Below the pieces are notes generated by a model that saw nothing but the letters and a program-made list of their open reading frames with translations, searched no databases and was not told the DNA's origin. Both the position numbers and the translations under genes were made by a program. This document shows, one piece after another, positions 12,001 to 23,714 of a stretch of DNA of 64,000 bases (positions are counted from its first letter, which is position 1; each line of letters begins with the position of its first letter). Source of the DNA: an uncultured Planctomycetota bacterium (lineage in GTDB: Bacteria; Planctomycetota; Planctomycetia; Isosphaerales; Isosphaeraceae). Location of the stretch: contig CAWGMQ010000003.1 of assembly GCA_963823665.1 (NCBI GenBank), positions 480,001 to 544,000 of the forward strand, given 5' to 3'.

Positions 12001-15000
12001 CGGCCACGGTTGCGTTTGCTAGAGGCGCTGCCGCGCCGCTGCCCGTAACAGTGCCACTGAGGGTGATGCCGGCGGTGAGCGCGAAATTCAGGGTGGTTGA
12101 CCCGGAGGCGGGCAAGGTGACCTGCTGGGTCTGGTAAGCATAGCCGGTCGCGTTGGACGTGATGGTGAGCTGGTCGCCGGCGGGGCCTGCAAACTGGAAA
12201 TTGCCTGACGCGTCGGTGAGGGTGTCGGTCAGGCCATCGATGCCGGCGCCGGAAATGTGCAGCACGGCTCCTGCCACCGGGTCGCCGGTCACGGCATCGG
12301 TGACCGTCCCCGTGACCATCGGGACGCTTGCCACAAGCTGGACGCCCGCGAGATCCGTGCCCGCCGTGATGGCAAGCGGGGCTTGAGTACCATAGACCGC
12401 CGTTTCATCAGCGGCCACGAGGTAGTACGTGCCTGGCTCAAGGAGCAGAAACTGGAAGTTTCCGTTGTCGTCGCTGTCCTCCTGCAACAACGGATTGCCC
12501 GCGCTGTACAGGGTCACGGGAACATCCGGGACCGGCGTGCTGCCGTCGCTGGCAAGGGTAGTGCCGCTGATGGAGCCGATGACCGCCAGGACGAAGTTCG
12601 CGGTTGCCGAGGGACTCGCAGCGCTGAGCATCACACTGCTGCTCGCCGCCCCCTCGGACCCAATGGCGCCGACCGTCACATCGTAGGTGCCGTCAGCGAG
12701 ATTATCGATTTCGTAGTCGCCGTTGGCATCCGTCACCGCATAGTCCACGGCCGTACCGCCCGAGAAGATCGTCAACTCCACGCCCGAAAGCGCGGCCCCG
12801 GAGGACTGGCGCGTGACTTGGCCGGTGACGCTGCCCGCTGGCTCCACATTGAGCGCGGGCACGGTGGTCGTCTGGCCGGCGACAACAGCGGCGGTGGCTG
12901 AACCATTGAAGAAACCCGAAATGGCCGTCGTCACCGTGTAGATTCCGGGAGGCAGATTCGGCAGGCTAAATGAGCCATCGCTGTTGGCTTGCGTAGTTTC
13001 GACCAATTGGCTCCCGAGATCCGCCGTGATGATCGCAAAGGGGACCGGCGCACCGCTGCCCTGCGTCGTGACCACGCCGACGAGCGAGCCTGCTGCGGCT
13101 AGGGTAATATCGGGAGCGGTCATGGCCGCTCCAGCGGCAACAGTCACGTTATTGAGCGTGACCGTACCGAAACCGGCGGAACTGGCCTGAAGGCTGTACG
13201 TCCCGGCCGGCAGCCCCGTCAGGGTGTAAGCACCGGAGGCATTGGTCGTCGCGCCGTCGCCGACGGCATTGCCATCGCTGTCGTTCATCACCACGTAGGC
13301 GCCCGCGAGGCCCTCGCCATTCGCATCGAGCACGAGGCCCGTGACGGTCGCGGCCGTTGCCAACGCGAGGTTTATTTCGGGGACCAGCGCGCCTGCGGTG
13401 ATCGTGATCCCGGGCGCGTCCGTCTCAACATAGGAACCGCCACCGGCCTGCACGTCATAGGTGCCGGCGGGCAGGTTCTCGATTGTGTAGAGCCCGTTTG
13501 ACGAGGACACGCCTTGAAAGAGGTCGCCGTTTTCGTCGACCGCTGCTACCGGTACGTTGGGAAGCGGCGCACCTGAGTCGCTTTGGACGATCGAACCGCT
13601 AATCACACCGCCGGGGACAGCAACGATGCTGACTCCGGTCACATTTCCGGAGCCGACGACCACAGTCACGGGCGCCGCGAGCTGATACTCCTTGAGGCTA
13701 ACGTCATAAGTGTCCGGCACGAGGCCGGACACGAGGAACGAACCGTCTGTCAAGGCATTGGTGATGAAGACCTGTCCGGTCGTCCTCCCGGTCAATACGA
13801 TGCTCGCCGCACTCAGAGGATGAGCGGTATCATTGAGGAAGATCTGTCCCGACACGGACTGGCTCAAGGCCGCCCGCGCTTTGTTTACCTCCAAGTTGAA
13901 GACGGCCTGCAAGTCGTAGTTCAGCCCGAGCGGGGGCGGTAGCAACGTGGCATCCCGGGAGAGAGCGGCCACATAACCCGACCAAGAGGTTCCGATCTGG
14001 GCCTGAAGTTGCGGATAGATCGCAGCGAATTGAGCGGCGGTGAGGTTCGGAGGTTTGACGATAGAGGCGAGCTCGGCATAGTCGATCGGTGCGGCCGGGT
14101 ACTGAGCCGTAGAAACCTGGAGTGTGACGCTCCCCGTGGTGGACGATGTGCCGTAGATCGTGAGACTACCGCTTGCGCCGGGTGGCAGGATTCCTGCCGG
14201 TCCATTGGGGTTGATGGCGATCAGGTCGAGGCTCGTCGCCGGGTTGGAAAAATCGGAATAGAAGCTCAACTCCGCCGAACCGTTTCCGCTAACCACGAGC
14301 ACCGGCGCGAGCAAGTCGGTTGCGCCCACATTCTGGTAATTGACCGTCACCGTGAAGCCTCGGCCAACGCGCACTCCGCTTGGCGCGGAAATGCTCGTCA
14401 CTAGCTCACCCGGTTTACCTGCGGTGATATTGAAACCGTGCGACAACGTCTCTGTCGCGCCGCCGGTGTTCACCACCTGCACGTCGGCCGCGCCGGTCGG
14501 CAGGCCGGTCAGGTTGAAGGTCGCGGAGATCAGGCCCGAATCGGTGTAGTACACCGCGAGCGGTTTGATCGTGACGCCCGCGCTGTCCACCAGTTGCGGC
14601 TGAGAGTTGCCGTCGAACTGAGCACCATTGATCGACAGCGTCACCTGGCCGGTGTTGCTGCCCTGGGTGGGACTGATGCTAGTAATCGAGAAGCCGGGCG
14701 TGGTGGCAGTCAGTGTGAAGTTCTCGCCGGAGGGAATGTTGGCCCCATAGACGAGGACGTAGTACGTCCCTGCCTCTACGTTTGCCAGCGATACCGCCTG
14801 GTTGGCCGAGTTCGGCAGAATGCTGCGAGCGTCGAACGACTGCACGGTCGGTACGTCGCCAAACGAGACGAACAGCTCATTGGTATTTCCGTTGGACCCG
14901 GTGACCGACACGTTGAGATTGCCGCCCGCGGTGGTCGTCACCTGGTACAGCTCGCTCGAGCCGGTGGCCGCGAGCTGGCCAGTCTGAGGCGTTCCCACCG

Positions 15001-18000
15001 TCAGGACCGGCAGGCTCATGGCCACGGGAGTCGCCGAAGCCATGACGTTGTCGGCCAGCGCGCTGCCCTCGAAGACCTCGTTGAACGAATTGCAGCGCAC
15101 CAGGAAGTATTCATTGCCCGGGAGCACCCCAGGCAGAGTGAACGTGCCCGAGGCGTTGTAGCTCTGGCCCGGCCCCAGGTCGCCGGTGTGCTCCACGTTA
15201 CCCAGCAGGATGGCGTCCGGCGTGAAGACCGGGCTGGCCGACAGGTAGACAGCATCGTGCCACGAACCGGTCGCCGTCCCCGCGCCCACGCTCTCCACCG
15301 TCCAGTTGACCGTCACCGATTGGCCTTCGAGCCCGGTCGCCGGCCCGCTCACGGCTGTCGTTGCCAGATCCACGTTGGACGTCGCGACCTGCTGGGGCCA
15401 GTACGCCCCGATGTCGTAGCCGGACCCGTCGCCGCGGCCGGTGATGTTCGGGTCGTCAAACGGCGGGTTCCCCAGCACGTCGGTCGACGGGGCCGAGACT
15501 CCAGGGCTCACCACGCTGGTGCCGGCGCCAGCGACCGGCGAGGTGGGGTTCAGCTCGAGGTCTCCGTTTGCCTCGTTGAAATAGTCTGGGTTGACTTCGA
15601 GATTACCGTCGGTGCCGGTCGGATCGGACAGGCCGCTATAGTCGGGCGAGCTCGCACTATAAACGTCGCAATAGCTCATCATCAAGGTGGTCGGGCTGCG
15701 CTCGATCACCCCGGCCTGGCCGCTGTTGGTGATCAGGTCGTTGACCAGAGTGGCATTGGGTGAATCGAGAATGACGCCGTACACTTGGTTGCCGTCGATG
15801 GTGTTGTTGACCACTGTGTCGGTAGACCCGGCCTCGAGTTGCAAGCCGGTGGGGTTCTGCTCAAACACGTCGCTCTCCAGCGTTACGTCCGAGCCGGTCA
15901 AGGCGATCAGGCCCACGTGAACGCCGTTGCTCTCGATGCTGTTGTCCATTGTCAGGGCGCGCCGTCGGTTTCGATGCAGCCTAGGCCGTCAATGCCGACC
16001 TGCCCACCGTAGCGAACCTCGACGTAGTTCAGCACGTTAGCCGTGCTGGTGGATGTGAACTGGATGCCGCTCCAGTCGCCGGGCGAGGGCGGGCTGGCCG
16101 ACGAGCCGGCGTTGTTCGTGTTGCTCCCGGCAGACTCGTCCTGCTTCGAGGTGAAGATGATCGGCTGCGCGGCCGTTCCTTGAGCTTGCAAACTTCCTTG
16201 CACGACCAACTGGGTGCTGCCGAACAAGCCGCCGAACTTGAGCACCAGTCCAGGATCAATCACAAGAGTCGAGCCCTGTGGCACCGTCACGTTGGCATTC
16301 AGCCAGAACACGGCGCCGGGAAGGTTCCAGGTGGTGGTGCCGGCGCGCAGGCTGCCCCCTTCGACGCTCACGCCGTTGATGAAGTTGCCGGTGAACGTGA
16401 GCCCGCTCAACTCCGGTTGGGAAGCCTGGTCCATATCAAGCGCGCCGCTGCCGTCGCCGGGGAGGCCGTCATCCAGGAACGTGTCGTCCGTCAGGACCGC
16501 GTCGCTGTCGATGAGCTGCACGCCGAAGCTCCCTGAATTGTCGAAAGTGGTGTTTTCGACAGTAGGCGACGCGCCGGTGGCCACAACTTCGGTGCCGCCG
16601 TAGTTGATCAAGACATTGTCGAGAATGCTGCCCGTGCTGGTGGCGGTGAACTCGATGGAACCCCAATCGCCGGGTCCCGGGCTAGACTTCGACCCGTCGT
16701 TGTTGGTGTCGCCGCCGGCGGAGTCGTCTTTCTTGGACGTGAAGACGACGGGCGCTGCGGCCGTTCCCTGCGCGTTCAAGGTGCCATTTACGATCAAGTT
16801 GTTGCCGCTCTCGAAACCGCCGAGCTTGATCACCTGCGCGGGGCCGATAACGAGCGTCGCCCCCGCGGGCACGGTCACATCGGAATCCAGCCAGTAAACG
16901 ACGTCGGGATTGTTCCAGGTGGTCGTGCCCGAGGGCAGGCTGCCGCCGGTCAAGGCCACGCCGTTGAACTGGTTGTTGTCGGTGAAAGTGATACCGCTCA
17001 TGACCGGCTGGGAAGCCATGTCCATGTACATCGCGCCGCCGAACTCGTCGCCGAAGCCGTCATCCTCGAATGTGTCCCCGGTCAGGGTCGCGTCACTGCC
17101 GGTCAATTGCACGCCGAAGCTCCCTGCATTGTCGAAAGTGGTGTTTTCGACGTTAGGCGACGCGCCGGTGGCCACAACTTCGGTGCCGCCGTAGTTGATC
17201 AAGACGTTGTCGAGCATGCTGCCCGTGCTGGTGGCGGTGAACTCGATGGAACCCCAATCGCCGGGTCCCGGGCTGCTATTCGAGCCGTCGTTGTTGGTGT
17301 CGCCGCCGGCGGAGTCGTCTTTCTTGGACGTGAAGACAACCGGCTGCGTGGGGGTGCCGTTGGCTTGCAGCGTACCCTGCACGATCACGTTGTTGCCGCT
17401 CTCGAAACCGCCGAGCTTGATCACCTGGCCGGGGCCGATAACCAGGGTCGAGCCGGCGGGCACGGTCACATCGGAATCCAGCCAGTAAGCGATACCGGCA
17501 TTGCTCCAGGTGGTCGTGCCTGCCGGCAAGTTGCCGCCGGGCAAGCTCACACCGTTGTACTCGTTGTTGTTGGTGAAAGTGATGCTGCCCATGACCGGTT
17601 GGGAAGCCATGTCCATGTACATCGCGCCGCCGAACTCGTTCCCGAAGCCGTTGTCCAGGAACGTGTCCCCGGTCAGGGTCGCGTCGCTGTCGACCAGTTG
17701 GACGCCGTAGACCGTCGAGTAGGCAATGGTGCTGTTCTCGATGGTCGGCGACGCGCCGTTGGCCTCGATTTCCGCACCGCCGCCGTACTTGATGACGGCG
17801 TCATCGATCAAGCTGCCCGTACTGGTGCTGGTGAACAGGATCTGACCCCAATCGCCCGGATTGGCTGTGTTACTACCCCCCGAAGCCGAGTCGTCCTTGA
17901 ACGACGTGAAGACAATCGTCTGCGACGTCGTTCCCTGCGCGAGCAAAGTGCCGTCAACGGTCAGGCTCGTGCCGCTATTGAACTCGACAACCGTCCCCGC

Positions 18001-18243
18001 CTCGACAGTCAGCGTGACCCCCGGCTCGACGTCCACATTCCCAACGATGTTCTGGACCTGGTTGTTGGTGAAGGTCGTATTCGTCGTGAGCGGGCCCGAC
18101 CAGTTGGAGAGCACGATGCGGTCCTCGAGCATCTCCAGGCCAGGAAAGACGATCCGCGCGCGGAACGCCTTGTTCCAGCGCCGGTTGCGCACGATCGCGG
18201 GTCGGGGGTTCATCCTTCTCTTTGGCGTCAATGGGCGGAACAT
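9090..18243 (-). CDS. Giant (~3,050 aa) exported surface protein: beta-helix repeats, CARDB, PPC, IPT/TIG, carboxypeptidase-regulatory-like repeats, helical domain, DPN domain, FN3-like, C-terminal domain
   Basis: Three abutting ORFs (15952-18294, 11786-15949, 9090-11789) join by single-base shifts: DGA|ALTMDNS near 15958 and VSGV|VSDSSG near 11790. The N-terminus MFRPLTPKRR...GLEMLEDRIVLS is a planctomycete export-type motif. Confidence 0.8.
16030..17960 (-). repeat. Internal 591-bp (197-aa) beta-helix repeat units
   Basis: tagttgatcaagac occurs at 16601 and 17192 within long near-identical blocks. The motif FTS.(K/Q)D.SA...PGDW..I.F occurs four times. Confidence 0.9.
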
Positions 18244-18456
18244 GGGGGTACCTCTGAAACGGTGATCGCACTCAGCCAAGCCACTAAGGTCCAAAACCGG
18301 CGCGAACCGGACACTGTTGCGAAAAAAAAACGAAGGCGTCGGTTTTGATTTTCTGCGGCATCAGCACGTCTTGAGCCATACGCCGCCGCGACGATAGACT
18401 GATCTCCAGTCCCGGCCTGACGATAGGAACGGGGCGGGAACACGGGGGAACGGCTG

Positions 18457-19065
18457 GTGGCGGATCGTGCGGAAGAGGTCGGTGGCCTGCTGGCCGCGGC
18501 CCGGGCCGGGTCTCGCGAAGCGCTCGGTCGGGTGCTGGAGGGTTGCCGGCGGTATTTGCTGGGTGTGGCCGAGGGCGAGCTGGGCCATGACTTGCGGTCC
18601 AAGGGCGGCGCCTCCGACATTGTGCAGGAGACATTCCTCGAGGCCGGGCGCAATTTCGGCGGCTTTCAGGGCTCATCGCCCGAAGAGCTCCGCGCCTGGC
18701 TGCGCCAGGTGCTCTTGCACAAGGTCGGGGCGTTCACGCGGCGGTACCGCGACACCGGCAAGCGGGAGATTAGCCGCGAGATCGATTTCGACGCCGGCGG
18801 CTCGTGGGGCGGAATCGAGCAGGTTCCGGCCGGGTCGACTCTCTCGCCCAGCGGCGTCGTGATCGAGCACGAGCGAGCCCTGGCGCTTCGGCGCGCGCTC
18901 GACCAGCTTCCGGAGGAGTACCGGCGGGTCGTCATCTTGCGCTTCGAGGATCAGCGATCGTTCGAGGAGATCGGCCGCCTGACCGACCGGTCCCCCGAGT
19001 CCGCCCGCAAGGTGTGGTCGCGCGCGATGGAGCGGCTGCGCCAGGAATGGGAGCGCCAGACGTGA
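18457..19065 (+). CDS. ECF sigma factor, planctomycete type (TIGR02984-like)
   Basis: LRSKGGASDIVQETFLEA...ELRAWLRQVL...LPEEYRRVVILR...SFEEIG...RKVWSRA. Its stop overlaps the kinase start. Confidence 0.9.
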   Translation: MADRAEEVGGLLAAARAGSREALGRVLEGCRRYLLGVAEGELGHDLRSKGGASDIVQETFLEAGRNFGGFQGSSPEELRAWLRQVLLHKVGAFTRRYRDTGKREISREIDFDAGGSWGGIEQVPAGSTLSPSGVVIEHERALALRRALDQLPEEYRRVVILRFEDQRSFEEIGRLTDRSPESARKVWSRAMERLRQEWERQT

Positions 19066-21830
19066 CCCCCGGCGATCCGGCGACAGAGCGCGAGCCACGC
19101 GAGACCGAGATCGAGACCGAGGTCGAGATCGGGGACGATGAGTTTCCCCGCTGGCTGGCCGCTTGTGACGAGCAGCTCGCCGCCGGGGCTGATTTCACTT
19201 CGGTCGACCAGCTCGGCGCGCCCGAGGAGCTGCGATCGCGTCTGGAGCGCGAGGCTGCCTGGTGTGAGTCCGTCCGCGAGATGTGGGCCGTCGCCTCAAG
19301 TCTCGCGCCCAGCTTGAGGGTCAACGCGCCCGTCGATCCAACGGTGCTCGCAGAGCCAGTGCCCGTACGATTCGGCCGCTTCGAAGTTCGGCGCGAGCTG
19401 GGACGAGGAGCTTTCGGCATCGTCTCCCTGGCTTACGACCCCAACCTCCACCGCGAGGTCGCGCTCAAGGTGCCGCGCTCGGAGGTGCAGGTCACGCCCG
19501 AGCTCCGCGCGCGGTTCCGGCACGAGGCGATGGCCGCCGCGGGGCTCGACCACCCTAATATCGTGCCGGTCTACGAGGCGGGCGAAGAGGGCTCCGTCTG
19601 CTTCATCGCTTCGGCGTACTGCCGGGGGATCACCCTGTCGGCCTGGCTCCGCCAGCGCATCTACCCGGTGCCATGCCGCATGGCGGCGGGGCTGCTGGCC
19701 ACGCTGGCCGAGGCGGTCGACCATGCCCATGCCCGCGGCGTCCTGCATCGCGACCTGAAACCGAGCAATGTCCTCCTCGAGGATCCCTCGTCCGGCAGTC
19801 CCTCCGGCGACGGCGCGGACCTCGTCCCGCGCATTACCGACTTTGGCATGGCCAAGCTCCAGGATCCCCTCCCCGGCGGGGAAGGCGCATCCAGCCGGAC
19901 CATGACCGGGGTCATCATGGGGACCCCAAGCTACATGGCGCCCGAGCAGGCCGAGGGGAAGGCCGGCGCGGTGGGGCCGGCCGCCGACGTCTATAGCCTG
20001 GGCGTGATCCTCTACGAGGTGCTCACCGGCCGGCCCCCGTTCCAGGAAGACTCGGCGCTTGAGACCCTGGTCCAGGTGCGGACGCTTGACCCCGTGCCCC
20101 CCTCGCGGCTGCGCTCCCGTATTCCGCGCGACCTCGAAACGATCTGCCTCAAGTGCTTGAACAAGCCGCCGCAGGCGCGCTATGCGAGCGCCGCTGCGCT
20201 GGCCGATGACCTGCGGCGGTTCCTCGCCGCCGAGCCCATCCGTGCCCGCCCGACGCCGGCCTGGGAGCGCGCGCTCAAGTGGGTGCACCGCCACCCAGCG
20301 ATCTCGGCGCTGGCCGGCGCCGCCGTCGTCGCCGCGGTGACCCTGGCGGTCGTGATCGGCAGGGACAATGTGCGCTTGAAGCGCCAGCGCGATCTCGCCG
20401 AATCGAGCCGGCTCGAGGCCTTTGCGAACCTGCGGAAGGCTCGCGACGCGGTCGACCGCCTGCTCACGCGAGTCGGCGAGCTCCAGTTGAAAGACGTTCC
20501 CCAGGTCGAGCCGATCCGGCGCGCCCTGTTGGAGGACGCGCTCGAGTTCTACCGCGACATCGCCGCTCAGGCCCACGGCGACCCGGACGTTCTCTTCGAG
20601 GTCAGCATGGCGTACTCTCGCGTCGGCCGCGTGTACATTGACTCGCGGCGCACCGAGGACGCCGAGCGGTGTTTCCTCGAGGCGCAGGCGATCCAGCAGC
20701 AGCTCGCGAGCACGTTCCCGGCCACCGCGATCTATCGCAGAGAGCTGGCACGCTCCACCAGCGACCTGGGCCGCATCTTCATCGACACCGGGCGGACCAC
20801 CGAGGGCGAGGCGAGCCTTCGCAAGGCACTCGACCTGCTGGAGTCACTCGCCGCCGCCGACCCCGGCGAGCCGGCTTATCGCTTCCTTCAGGCCTCGGCA
20901 CACGAGATTCTCGGTGTCGCGTGGTTTAACGCGCATCGGGTCGCCGACTCGGCCCCCGAGTATCGGAAAGCCCTGGATTTGTTCGACGACCTGACCGCGC
21001 GTTTCCCGGACTCAGCCGACTACCCGCGCCGAGCGGCCTTGGCCCGCAGCAACCTCGCCGGCGCCCTGATGAAAAGCGGCCGCCTCGAGGAAGCCGAGGG
21101 AGTCCTCCGGGAAGTGGTCGCGTTCTGGGAAAAACAGGTGAAGAGCAACCCCAACAACTTCCTTGCCCAGTCCAGGCTGGCCCTCACCGTCGGGAACCTC
21201 AGCTATGTGCTGGAGAAACGTGGCCGGTTGCCTGAGGCCGAGCAGACCATGCGCCGCGCTGCCGACTTGCGGCTCGGTATGACGAAGAACTTCCCCAATA
21301 CTCCGCATCACTTTGACAGCCTCGGGCAGTTTCTGGCCGCACTTGGCCGATTCGCGAGCGACCGAGGCGACATCACCCAAGCCCGCCGGCTGCTGGATGA
21401 AGCACTCGCGAGCAAACGAAAGGCGCTCGCTCTCGCGCCCAATGATGCCGGCTGCCGCGCCTCCACGCGGGTCGTCTGCGCCAGTCTCGCCGAAGCTTTG
21501 ATCAAGCTTGGAGCCCACGAGGACGCCGCAAAGACGATCGCGGAGCTAACTGCCCTTTCTCCGACCGCGGCGGAGGAATCCGTCCGTGCCGCCAGGGTCC
21601 TCGCGCAGGGCATCCCGCTCGTGGCCGCCGACCCGAAGCTCGATGCCGCCGCGCGGGCCAAGCTTACCAAGGTCTATGGTGACAAATCCGTCGAGTTGAT
21701 TCGCGATGCGATCAAGAGTGGCTACCGCGACAGGCAAGCCTTGGAGAGCGACCACGCGTTTGATGCGCTTCGCAGCCGCGCCGATTTTCAGGCTCTCCTC
21801 GCCCCCTCAGCCACCCCGCCGAAACCCTGA
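19062..21830 (+). CDS. Ser/Thr kinase with TM segment and TPR-like C-terminus
   Basis: GRGAFGIV, VALKVP, HRDLKPSN, DFG, GTPSYMAPEQ, TM segment, helical TPR-like repeats. GTG 19062 overlaps the ECF stop. Confidence 0.9.
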   Translation: MTPGDPATEREPRETEIETEVEIGDDEFPRWLAACDEQLAAGADFTSVDQLGAPEELRSRLEREAAWCESVREMWAVASSLAPSLRVNAPVDPTVLAEPVPVRFGRFEVRRELGRGAFGIVSLAYDPNLHREVALKVPRSEVQVTPELRARFRHEAMAAAGLDHPNIVPVYEAGEEGSVCFIASAYCRGITLSAWLRQRIYPVPCRMAAGLLATLAEAVDHAHARGVLHRDLKPSNVLLEDPSSGSPSGDGADLVPRITDFGMAKLQDPLPGGEGASSRTMTGVIMGTPSYMAPEQAEGKAGAVGPAADVYSLGVILYEVLTGRPPFQEDSALETLVQVRTLDPVPPSRLRSRIPRDLETICLKCLNKPPQARYASAAALADDLRRFLAAEPIRARPTPAWERALKWVHRHPAISALAGAAVVAAVTLAVVIGRDNVRLKRQRDLAESSRLEAFANLRKARDAVDRLLTRVGELQLKDVPQVEPIRRALLEDALEFYRDIAAQAHGDPDVLFEVSMAYSRVGRVYIDSRRTEDAERCFLEAQAIQQQLASTFPATAIYRRELARSTSDLGRIFIDTGRTTEGEASLRKALDLLESLAAADPGEPAYRFLQASAHEILGVAWFNAHRVADSAPEYRKALDLFDDLTARFPDSADYPRRAALARSNLAGALMKSGRLEEAEGVLREVVAFWEKQVKSNPNNFLAQSRLALTVGNLSYVLEKRGRLPEAEQTMRRAADLRLGMTKNFPNTPHHFDSLGQFLAALGRFASDRGDITQARRLLDEALASKRKALALAPNDAGCRASTRVVCASLAEALIKLGAHEDAAKTIAELTALSPTAAEESVRAARVLAQGIPLVAADPKLDAAARAKLTKVYGDKSVELIRDAIKSGYRDRQALESDHAFDALRSRADFQALLAPSATPPKP

Positions 21831-22036
21831 CGGGCGTCTTGCCCGGGGCATTCACAGGGCTGGCACTCTCGATGGAGTTGATGGTCTGTAGAGATGGCGA
21901 GATCTCGGCGCTCGGGCCGTGTCCCGACAGAGGAGCTCACGCGCAACGCGCCGGGCGGCGTCTGCATAGGCGTTGGCCGCCGCTTCCGCGACTCTTGCCA
22001 GCAGACGGCCGCCCGGGCTCTCGAACTTGTCGGACG

Positions 22037-22198
22037 TTACCTCGATTTGTCCTTGATGTACTGCCCGGCCCCCTTGACTTTTTGCCCGGCGGTCTGGGCG
22101 GCTTCTTTCGTCTTGTCGACAGCCTTTTCAGTCGCTTGTTTCGCCTTACTGGCTGCGTTGTCGATACCCTCTTTGATCTTGTCCTTGGTGTCCGACAT
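22037..22198 (-). CDS. Small LEA/CsbD-like hydrophilic stress protein (53 aa)
   Basis: MSDTKDKIKEGIDNAASKAKQATEKAVDKTKEAAQTAGQKVKGAGQYIKDKSR with an AGGAG RBS. Confidence 0.7.
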   Translation of the reverse strand: MSDTKDKIKEGIDNAASKAKQATEKAVDKTKEAAQTAGQKVKGAGQYIKDKSR

Positions 22199-22478
22199 CG
22201 AAGTACTCCTGCTAACGAAAAGTTCAGAATTGCCCGCGTGGGCACATGCTTCCTCTACACGCAAATCGCAAGCCGAGACCCTGGATCACACTGCACTTCG
22301 GTCTTGAATTCGAGGACATCGCGCAGATTCGTGGGTGACCGATCCGGTGCTGGCGGCGTTCTTCCCGATGCGCTGTCAAACGGAGCCACGTGGCTCGACG
22401 GCGTCCGAATTGCGAGGGCATCGACGACCGATCAGAATCTCGGCTCGCGGCATGTGATGACCTGAAGCCGGCATTCCG

Positions 22479-23684
22479 CTACGTCCGGATCACGGGAAGC
22501 GGGTCGAACCGCCCGCCGAGCGCGCCGGCCGCCGGCAGCGCCAGCCAGTCCTGGAGCACGGCGGCGTAGATCCGCCGGAAGTCGACGGCCATCTTCAGGT
22601 CGCCGTCCTCGAGGTCGAGGAGGCTCGGGGTCTCACCGACCAAGCCGGCCCGCACATGCTTGCCGACGAGGAAGACGGGCCCGGCCGTGCCGTGGTCCGT
22701 CCCGCTCGAGGCGTTCTCGTGCACTCGCCGCCCGAATTCGCTGAAGCACAGGACCAGCACGCGGTTCGCCAGGCCGGACGCAGCCAGGTTGTCCTGGAAT
22801 TGCCGGAGCGCGTCGGATAGCTCGAGGAGCAGGCTCGCGTGCGGTCGAAGTTGACCGGCGTGCGTGTCGTAGCCGCCCTGCTGGGTGTAATAGACGCGCG
22901 CCCGGGCGCCGGACTTCATGAGCCGGGCGATGAGCGACAGCCGTCCGCGGAGGTCGGTGCCCGATCCCCCATCCTCCCGACCTCCGGCGCGGATCATCTC
23001 GGCCACGCTGTCGGCGGCGGTGTAGGCGTCGAGCGCCGTCCGGCGGACGAACGCGCCGACGTCGTCTCCGTCCGGAGCTTCGCCGATTACCCCTCGCGCG
23101 CCGGGCCCTCCCTTGAGGGCGAGGTCGTCGAGGCGCTCGAGCGTCGCCGGGATGCTGCGCCGCCCGATCAGCGCGGCGGGCGGCTGGCCCGTGCCCACGA
23201 AGGTGGTGCCCGAGGCGTCTCCCACCTCGAGCCGCTCGTCGAACGCACGCCCCAGCCAACCGGGCCCGCCGTGCTCTTCCGGGTCGCGGCGGGCGGTCTG
23301 CCAGATCGCCATGCTCCGGAAGTGCGACCGGCTCGGGTTCGGATAGCCGACCCCCTGCACGATCGCGAGCTCGCCCCGCTCGAGCAGCCTGGCTACGCCG
23401 GTGAGGCTCGGGTGGAGGCCGACCGCATCGTTGACCTTGTGCAACTTATCGGCGGACAGGCGGAGGGCCTTGCGGCTCTTGGCGTAGCCCTCGTCCTTGT
23501 AGGGGACGACCGTGTTGATGCCGTCGTTGCCGCCGTCGAGCTGGACGACGACCAGGACGCGGCCGTCCTGCAACGGCGCGGCGGCCCGTGCCGTCGCGGC
23601 GAGGAACCCGGGTACGGCCGGCGCCATCGCGAAGAGCGATGCGCCACGAAGTGACGTCTTCACAAAGTCGCGACGCGAGAGCAT
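22479..23684 (-). CDS. DUF1501 protein with Tat signal
   Basis: SRRDFVK twin-Arg; VVVQLDGGNDGINTVVP; SRSHF; GGYDTH; FSEFGRR; GTDHG; VDFRRIYA. Confidence 0.92.
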   Translation of the reverse strand: MLSRRDFVKTSLRGASLFAMAPAVPGFLAATARAAAPLQDGRVLVVVQLDGGNDGINTVVPYKDEGYAKSRKALRLSADKLHKVNDAVGLHPSLTGVARLLERGELAIVQGVGYPNPSRSHFRSMAIWQTARRDPEEHGGPGWLGRAFDERLEVGDASGTTFVGTGQPPAALIGRRSIPATLERLDDLALKGGPGARGVIGEAPDGDDVGAFVRRTALDAYTAADSVAEMIRAGGREDGGSGTDLRGRLSLIARLMKSGARARVYYTQQGGYDTHAGQLRPHASLLLELSDALRQFQDNLAASGLANRVLVLCFSEFGRRVHENASSGTDHGTAGPVFLVGKHVRAGLVGETPSLLDLEDGDLKMAVDFRRIYAAVLQDWLALPAAGALGGRFDPLPVIRT

Positions 23685-23714
23685 GAAACGGCTCCTTTCG
23701 TAACGGGATCGGGG

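Noticed and set aside
10152..15763. Long plus-strand ORFs (10152-11780, 14438-15763) and similar antisense ORFs elsewhere
   Set aside because: Shadow frames of GC-rich genes on the opposite strand, with no recognisable motifs.
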